64,000 nt of DNA from Myxococcales bacterium. Lineage in GTDB: Bacteria > Myxococcota_A > Polyangia > Polyangiales > DASUME01. The notes under the pieces are model-generated. The model ran no database searches, was not told the origin of the DNA, and was given only the letters and a program-made list of their open reading frames with translations. A program made the translations under genes and the position numbers. The number at the start of each line of letters is the position of its first letter. Within the stretch, counting starts at the first letter, position 1. This document shows positions 59,350 through 64,000 of this stretch, piece by piece. The stretch covers positions 5,152,001 to 5,216,000 of the forward strand of contig JASGJH010000001.1 of the NCBI GenBank assembly GCA_047601445.1, in the 5' to 3' direction.

Positions 59350-62300
59350 TAGTCCACCCACATGGCGTTGGAGTCGTACTGCGTCACGTCACGCAGCTCT
59401 TGGGGCAAGAGCGTCGCAGGTTCTTGGTCCGGATGCTCGATGTCCCAGGAGGACAGTACGCCGTCCAGGGAGCCCAACAGATAGCGGCCCGTGCGATCGA
59501 AGGCATAGTTGCGCACGCCCTCGCCGAGGCTTCGTGCCCGTCCTACGCCGTCGAGCGAGACCGCCGACAGCATGCCGCTTTGCTCGTAGAGGACCCAACG
59601 CAACTGGGGCGAAACCAAGCGCGGCTGGAGGGGGTCCATGTAGCCAGGCACGTCGAGCAGCGAGATAGAACCACCCGACTTGAGATCGATGAGGCTGAGC
59701 ACCTTGCGGTCGCGCTTGGTCGAGCACACCACGACGTGGCTTAGATCCGTGTCCGCAGCGAACGTTGGATCGCACAGCTCCGAGATGGCGCGCACGGTGA
59801 GCTCATCGAGGTCGACCCGGTAAAGCATGTTCCCCATGGCCAACAGGTAGCTGCCATCGGCATAACTGGTCGTCGTCGCGAACGAGACGACCCAGGGTTG
59901 ATTGTTCTGGCCGGCGTCGAGCGGCACGTGAATCACGCTGTCCTTGCCACTCACCAAATCGATCACGCGCAGCCTGTCCAACGTGGTCGAATAGAGCAGG
60001 TAGCGTCCCTCGGGGGTCAACGCGTAATTGGTGGCAAAAAAGCTTGCCTGCGTGAGGGCGGCCACCGGCCGGTCGCTATCGTTTTCCAGGGGTGTCACAC
60101 GGTTCTGCCACCCGTAGTTCTGATAGATGCTGTCGACCACCACCCCGCGGCGTGCGCCACCCGGCCCGGGCGTGGCCAGCGCGCGGTAGCCACCGTCGTT
60201 GGTCTGAGGAATCACCGCCTCGGCGCTGCCGGTGCGTCGGTCGAGCCAGCGCAAGCTGCGATCTTGCATGGCCGTGAAGAGCACGCCGCGAGCACTCGGC
60301 TCGAAGATGTCCGCCGTACTGGAGTGCGCATAAGAAAAGGTCGTGGTGGCCCACGGCGCCGACTCGCTCTCTCCGTCTCGCCACGGCTCGAGGTAAGCCC
60401 CTTGGTCGGCAAGCACCGCGAGCCACGACGCGTCCTTCGCCACACGATACTGCTCCACCGTCCAGGAAGCGCGCTCGCCGTCGCTCAGGAGCGTGGTGGC
60501 GCCCTGGTCGAGGTCGGCCCGATAGAGCTGCACGTTTCCCGCCGTCGAGTAGACCCCCGTGAAGAGCACCGAGCGATGACCGGGCACCCGCACCGGCTGG
60601 TTGGTGCTCGCGCGAGCGATCGGCACGACGTCCGAGGTCCACAGGAGTTTTCCGCTCGCGAGCTCGTACTCACGCACGCCGTTGAACACCGTACTGCTCT
60701 TGCCGAAGTCCATACTCGCCTGGCTGGCCACTGCCACGCGCAAGCCATCTGCGCTGAAAGTGCGCACCGGGACGGCTCCCCCGGGCGTGCGCGCGATGCG
60801 ATCGGCGAGCACACGCGTGGAGAAGTCGCTCAGGTCCCCGAGGTACACTTGGTCGTCGCCGTCGCCATCGAGATCGCCCACGAAAGTCAGCTGCGTTCCG
60901 TCGGGACTCAGGCGCAGGTCGGATACGCGCTGGGTCGCGTCGTACTGCAGCTGCGGCGCGGGCACCGTCACGGTATCTCCGAGGCGGGTCACACGAACGC
61001 CGCTGGAGTTGTTTTCGAGAAGTACGTCGGGCGAGAGCATGTACGCCGTGTCCGGCATCGCGCCGAACTCTTCGGTGTCCAGGTCGACCAAATACTGATG
61101 CGTGGGATTCGCGTCGATGCTGCCGTAATAGACCGCCTGGCTGCAGTTCCGTCGCATGACAGGGTATTGAGTCTGCAAGGTCGGCGCTTGACTCAACTCG
61201 CGCCGCGTCGACGGCTGCAACGGGTCCTGACTCCACTCCACGACCGTAGGCTGTACCGCCCACCCACCGAACACCACGCGCCTGCCGCAGCCCGCGACGT
61301 AGCAACTTTGGCAGATCAACTCCGTGCCCGAGCCATCGTAGCGGAGCAGGGAAATCGGGTAGGTCCAGGCCCCTTGAGCCGAGTCCCACACCATGGCGGA
61401 CACCAGGACGCCGAGATCGACCTCCGCCGTCACCACCGAGCCGTAGCTGGAGTATTGGTAGAAGTAGCTGACTTGGTTCGCCAGCAACGCATCGAACGAG
61501 GTCTGCGTGAGATCGAAGATCTGAATCAGGTTGCCCTGCGAGGCCACCACGAGCTTGCCGCCGCTCGCGCTCAGCGCCCAACGCTCCGCCGCGCACAGCA
61601 CCCGAGACGTTGTCTCCGGGTGCGCTGCGTCGAAGTACAGGAGCTGTCCGTAGAGCTGGAACACGACGTCGTTGGAGCCCTGTGTGAAGAAGAACTGGAC
61701 CCATTGATTCGCGAGCAGCGCCGCCCGTTCGAGCTCACCATTCGGCCCGACCGTGAGCCAGTAGGTGCCCACGACCGCGCCGCACGCGTAGTACGCCACC
61801 GCCGAGTTCCCGTCGGGCGCCCAGGTGATTTCCTGCGGAGCACAGCCCCTCATCACCAGGGCTCGCTCCAGGCGGGGCGCCGTCGTGGGGCAGCTCATGC
61901 CGTCGCAAGCTGCGAGTGTCCAGTTCACGGAGTCGCCGACGTAGAGGCGCGTGTAGAGCGCGCCGTGCCCTGGACGATAGACCAGGGTCCCGAATTCCGC
62001 GTTGGGCTCGGCCTCCGGACTCAAGCGTCGCGCCGTCCCAGGCGCGTCGAGCGGCGTGGCGTAGAGCTGGTTCAGCAAGTCGTATCCGGCCGCGTTGGCT
62101 CGGTACACGATGCTAGGCGTGGGAAGCACCGTGATGGATACGCTCTTGGAGGCCGCCTCCGCCGCGCAGGCGAATGAGATGCGGTGCGCCCCCACCAGCG
62201 AGAAGCTCAATGTGAGCTCGCTTCCCTCCACGGTACGCACGCCGCCGCCGGGATCGACCACCTGGTAGCGCGGCGAGGGAGTCCCACCGTCGCAGTGCCC

Positions 62301-62591
62301 GCGCATGGACACCGACTCGAACAAGTAGAACTCCTGGCCCTCCGCGGGGAGCTCGGCGTCGACCTGATAGGTCCAGCTCGGCGGCGCGCTGGGTCCACCC
62401 TCGCCCGCGTCTTCGTCCTCGTCTGCCTCGTCGTCCGGCTCGCCCGCCTCGGCCGCGGCAGCGTCGCCCGCGTCGCCCCCGACGTCGACCGGACCCGCCT
62501 GGCGCCCACCGCCGTGGCAGGCCGGCATGAGCGCAACCAGCAGCGCGACGAGGAGCGCGGAGAGGTGGAGTCTCGAGCCCCGTTCAGCCAT
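59349..62591 (-). CDS. Large beta-propeller (TolB/WD40-like) lipoprotein
   Basis: LLVALMPAC lipobox; WAPDG, LSPDG, FSADG, LTPEG blade motifs. Confidence 0.75.
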   Translation of the reverse strand: MAERGSRLHLSALLVALLVALMPACHGGGRQAGPVDVGGDAGDAAAAEAGEPDDEADEDEDAGEGGPSAPPSWTYQVDAELPAEGQEFYLFESVSMRGHCDGGTPSPRYQVVDPGGGVRTVEGSELTLSFSLVGAHRISFACAAEAASKSVSITVLPTPSIVYRANAAGYDLLNQLYATPLDAPGTARRLSPEAEPNAEFGTLVYRPGHGALYTRLYVGDSVNWTLAACDGMSCPTTAPRLERALVMRGCAPQEITWAPDGNSAVAYYACGAVVGTYWLTVGPNGELERAALLANQWVQFFFTQGSNDVVFQLYGQLLYFDAAHPETTSRVLCAAERWALSASGGKLVVASQGNLIQIFDLTQTSFDALLANQVSYFYQYSSYGSVVTAEVDLGVLVSAMVWDSAQGAWTYPISLLRYDGSGTELICQSCYVAGCGRRVVFGGWAVQPTVVEWSQDPLQPSTRRELSQAPTLQTQYPVMRRNCSQAVYYGSIDANPTHQYLVDLDTEEFGAMPDTAYMLSPDVLLENNSSGVRVTRLGDTVTVPAPQLQYDATQRVSDLRLSPDGTQLTFVGDLDGDGDDQVYLGDLSDFSTRVLADRIARTPGGAVPVRTFSADGLRVAVASQASMDFGKSSTVFNGVREYELASGKLLWTSDVVPIARASTNQPVRVPGHRSVLFTGVYSTAGNVQLYRADLDQGATTLLSDGERASWTVEQYRVAKDASWLAVLADQGAYLEPWRDGESESAPWATTTFSYAHSSTADIFEPSARGVLFTAMQDRSLRWLDRRTGSAEAVIPQTNDGGYRALATPGPGGARRGVVVDSIYQNYGWQNRVTPLENDSDRPVAALTQASFFATNYALTPEGRYLLYSTTLDRLRVIDLVSGKDSVIHVPLDAGQNNQPWVVSFATTTSYADGSYLLAMGNMLYRVDLDELTVRAISELCDPTFAADTDLSHVVVCSTKRDRKVLSLIDLKSGGSISLLDVPGYMDPLQPRLVSPQLRWVLYEQSGMLSAVSLDGVGRARSLGEGVRNYAFDRTGRYLLGSLDGVLSSWDIEHPDQEPATLLPQELRDVTQYDSNAMWVD

Positions 62592-62825
62592 GAAATTCCT
62601 CAGTTCGAGCCAGTTCAAGACAGCGGCGACAAGGCCGGAACCTTACCAGTCGATACGCCCCGGACCACGCGAACCTGGCCCGCTTCACCCCGAGCGGTGG
62701 GGCCCTGCCATGCCCCTGTTACGGCGTCACAAAACCGTGTTCTATCGCGGCATTTGGGGTGAGCAGTCGAGCTTTTGCGGCAGAAGCGATCCATGTGTTG
62801 ATGCACCAACGCGGGATTGCAGACG

Positions 62826-63493
62826 TGTCCAAAACTCATCTCCCCACAATCGAAGAGCTCATGGATCAGGCGAAGACCACGCGCATGGCAGCCCCAGGCG
62901 CGGCCACGCTCGAACGCCTGAGCGTGCACGACGCGGAGACCCGCATCGTGTCCATGACCGACACCATGCAGCTGAGCGAGCACGACCTGCACGAGACGGC
63001 CGTGCTTGCACTGCAACCCCGCAAGCCGCCGAGCGTGCCGCCGGCCGCACTGGCCTCTGCTCAATCTATCCCCTCGGCTCAGGGCCTGTCCCCGGACGTG
63101 ACGCAGCCCATGCCTGCCGGCGCGGTGCAAGATCTCTTGTCGGAGAGCTCGCCCGCCTGGAGCTACGGCGAAGTGGCGTTCCACACGCTTCACGCTGCAC
63201 CTCGCTCGAGCGACAAGCGGCGGGTCATGCTGGCGCTCACGAGCCTGCTCGCATGTCTCGTCGTGGGGCTCTGGGTATGGTCGCAGCACAAGGTCTCGGC
63301 CCAGCGTGAGGCGCGCGAACGCCGCGCGGCCGAGCTCTACGCGGCCGAGCGATTCGAGGATGCGCTCTCGCAATACCGACTCCTGGCCCACGAACATCCC
63401 GAGCTGGGCGTGTACGCGCAGACGGTGCGCATCCTGAGTGATCGCATCGGAGATCGCGGGCGCACGGCGGCTGCCGACGCTGCGTCACGGTAA
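62826..63493 (+). CDS. Hypothetical single-TM protein with TPR-like C-terminus (start uncertain)
   Basis: TM VMLALTSLLACLVVGLWVW; AAELYAAERFEDALSQYR. Confidence 0.6.
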
Positions 63494-63639
63494 GGAGACG
63501 GGTCGGCTCGGACGCGGGGATTGCTCGTTTCGCGTCGTCGTCCAAACAGGTCACCCCTTCCCGATCTGGGCGCAAATCCAGCGCTGGGTTAGCCTGCGGC
63601 CGAGGACAGGTCTCCCAACCCGCCGTTCGATGAGCCCCC

Positions 63640-64000
63640 ATGCGTCACCACCGCGCCACGCTAGCCGTCATCATTCCCTTCACCGCGCTGGCCTTGGTTC
63701 TGGCCAGGCCCTCCAACAGCCTCGCCGAAGGCAAGGCTCGCGACCCCTACGAAGAGACCATCAGCATCGCGGTGGCCGAGTTCGAACACGGCAATTTCGC
63801 CGAGGCGCGTGAGCAATTTGCGAGAGCCCACGCCATGCAGCCCACCGCGCGTACCTTCCGGGCGCTCGGCCTGGTGAACTTCGAGCTGCGCAACTACGTG
63901 GAAGCAGCCACTATGCTCGAGCAGGCCCTGAGCTCCGCGGTAAAGCCCCTGAGCAGCCAGCACCGCTCTGAGACCGCCAAGCTCCTGGAGCGGACACGTA
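63640..64000 (+). CDS. Exported TPR protein, 3'-truncated by window edge
   Basis: Translated by hand: MRHHRATLAVIIPFTALALVLA...FEHGNFAEAREQFARAHAMQPTARTFRALGLVNFELRNYVEA; open to the end of the window. Confidence 0.8.
   Translation, partial: MRHHRATLAVIIPFTALALVLARPSNSLAEGKARDPYEETISIAVAEFEHGNFAEAREQFARAHAMQPTARTFRALGLVNFELRNYVEAATMLEQALSSAVKPLSSQHRSETAKLLERTR

Overview
This is a GC-rich window, most consistent with a myxobacterium (Myxococcota, Polyangia-like; inferred from gene types, not from a marker gene). It is dominated by type VI secretion. (1) A structural T6SS cluster at 5039-23590 contains divergent tagH, then tssJ-L-M-tagF-tssA-B-C-hcp-tagJ-tssE-F-G-H. It has no tssK and is followed by a candidate membrane-toxin/immunity pair and a perfect 15-bp hairpin. 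(2) A divergent spike/effector island at 29378-40528 contains vgrG and DUF6484 on the minus strand. The plus strand carries a TIGR02270 HEAT protein, a SAM methyltransferase, DUF2169, a thiolase-like protein, a DUF4150-PAAR/SHH-nuclease effector and two beta-propeller immunity candidates. The most unusual elements are a Hint (intein-like) domain placed C-terminal to the nuclease and lacking the splicing His-Asn, and a methyltransferase inserted into an otherwise Tse7-like operon. Five genes carry a +1 frameshift, and each is repaired by deleting the third base after a GATC. This suggests a systematic sequencing error tied to DNA modification rather than true pseudogenes. The rest of the window encodes envelope proteins and lipoproteins, an ABC exporter with TetR, an orphan histidine kinase and a Ser/Thr kinase. 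I saw no rRNA, tRNA, CRISPR array or transposase. All family calls come from motif recognition by eye, without database searches.
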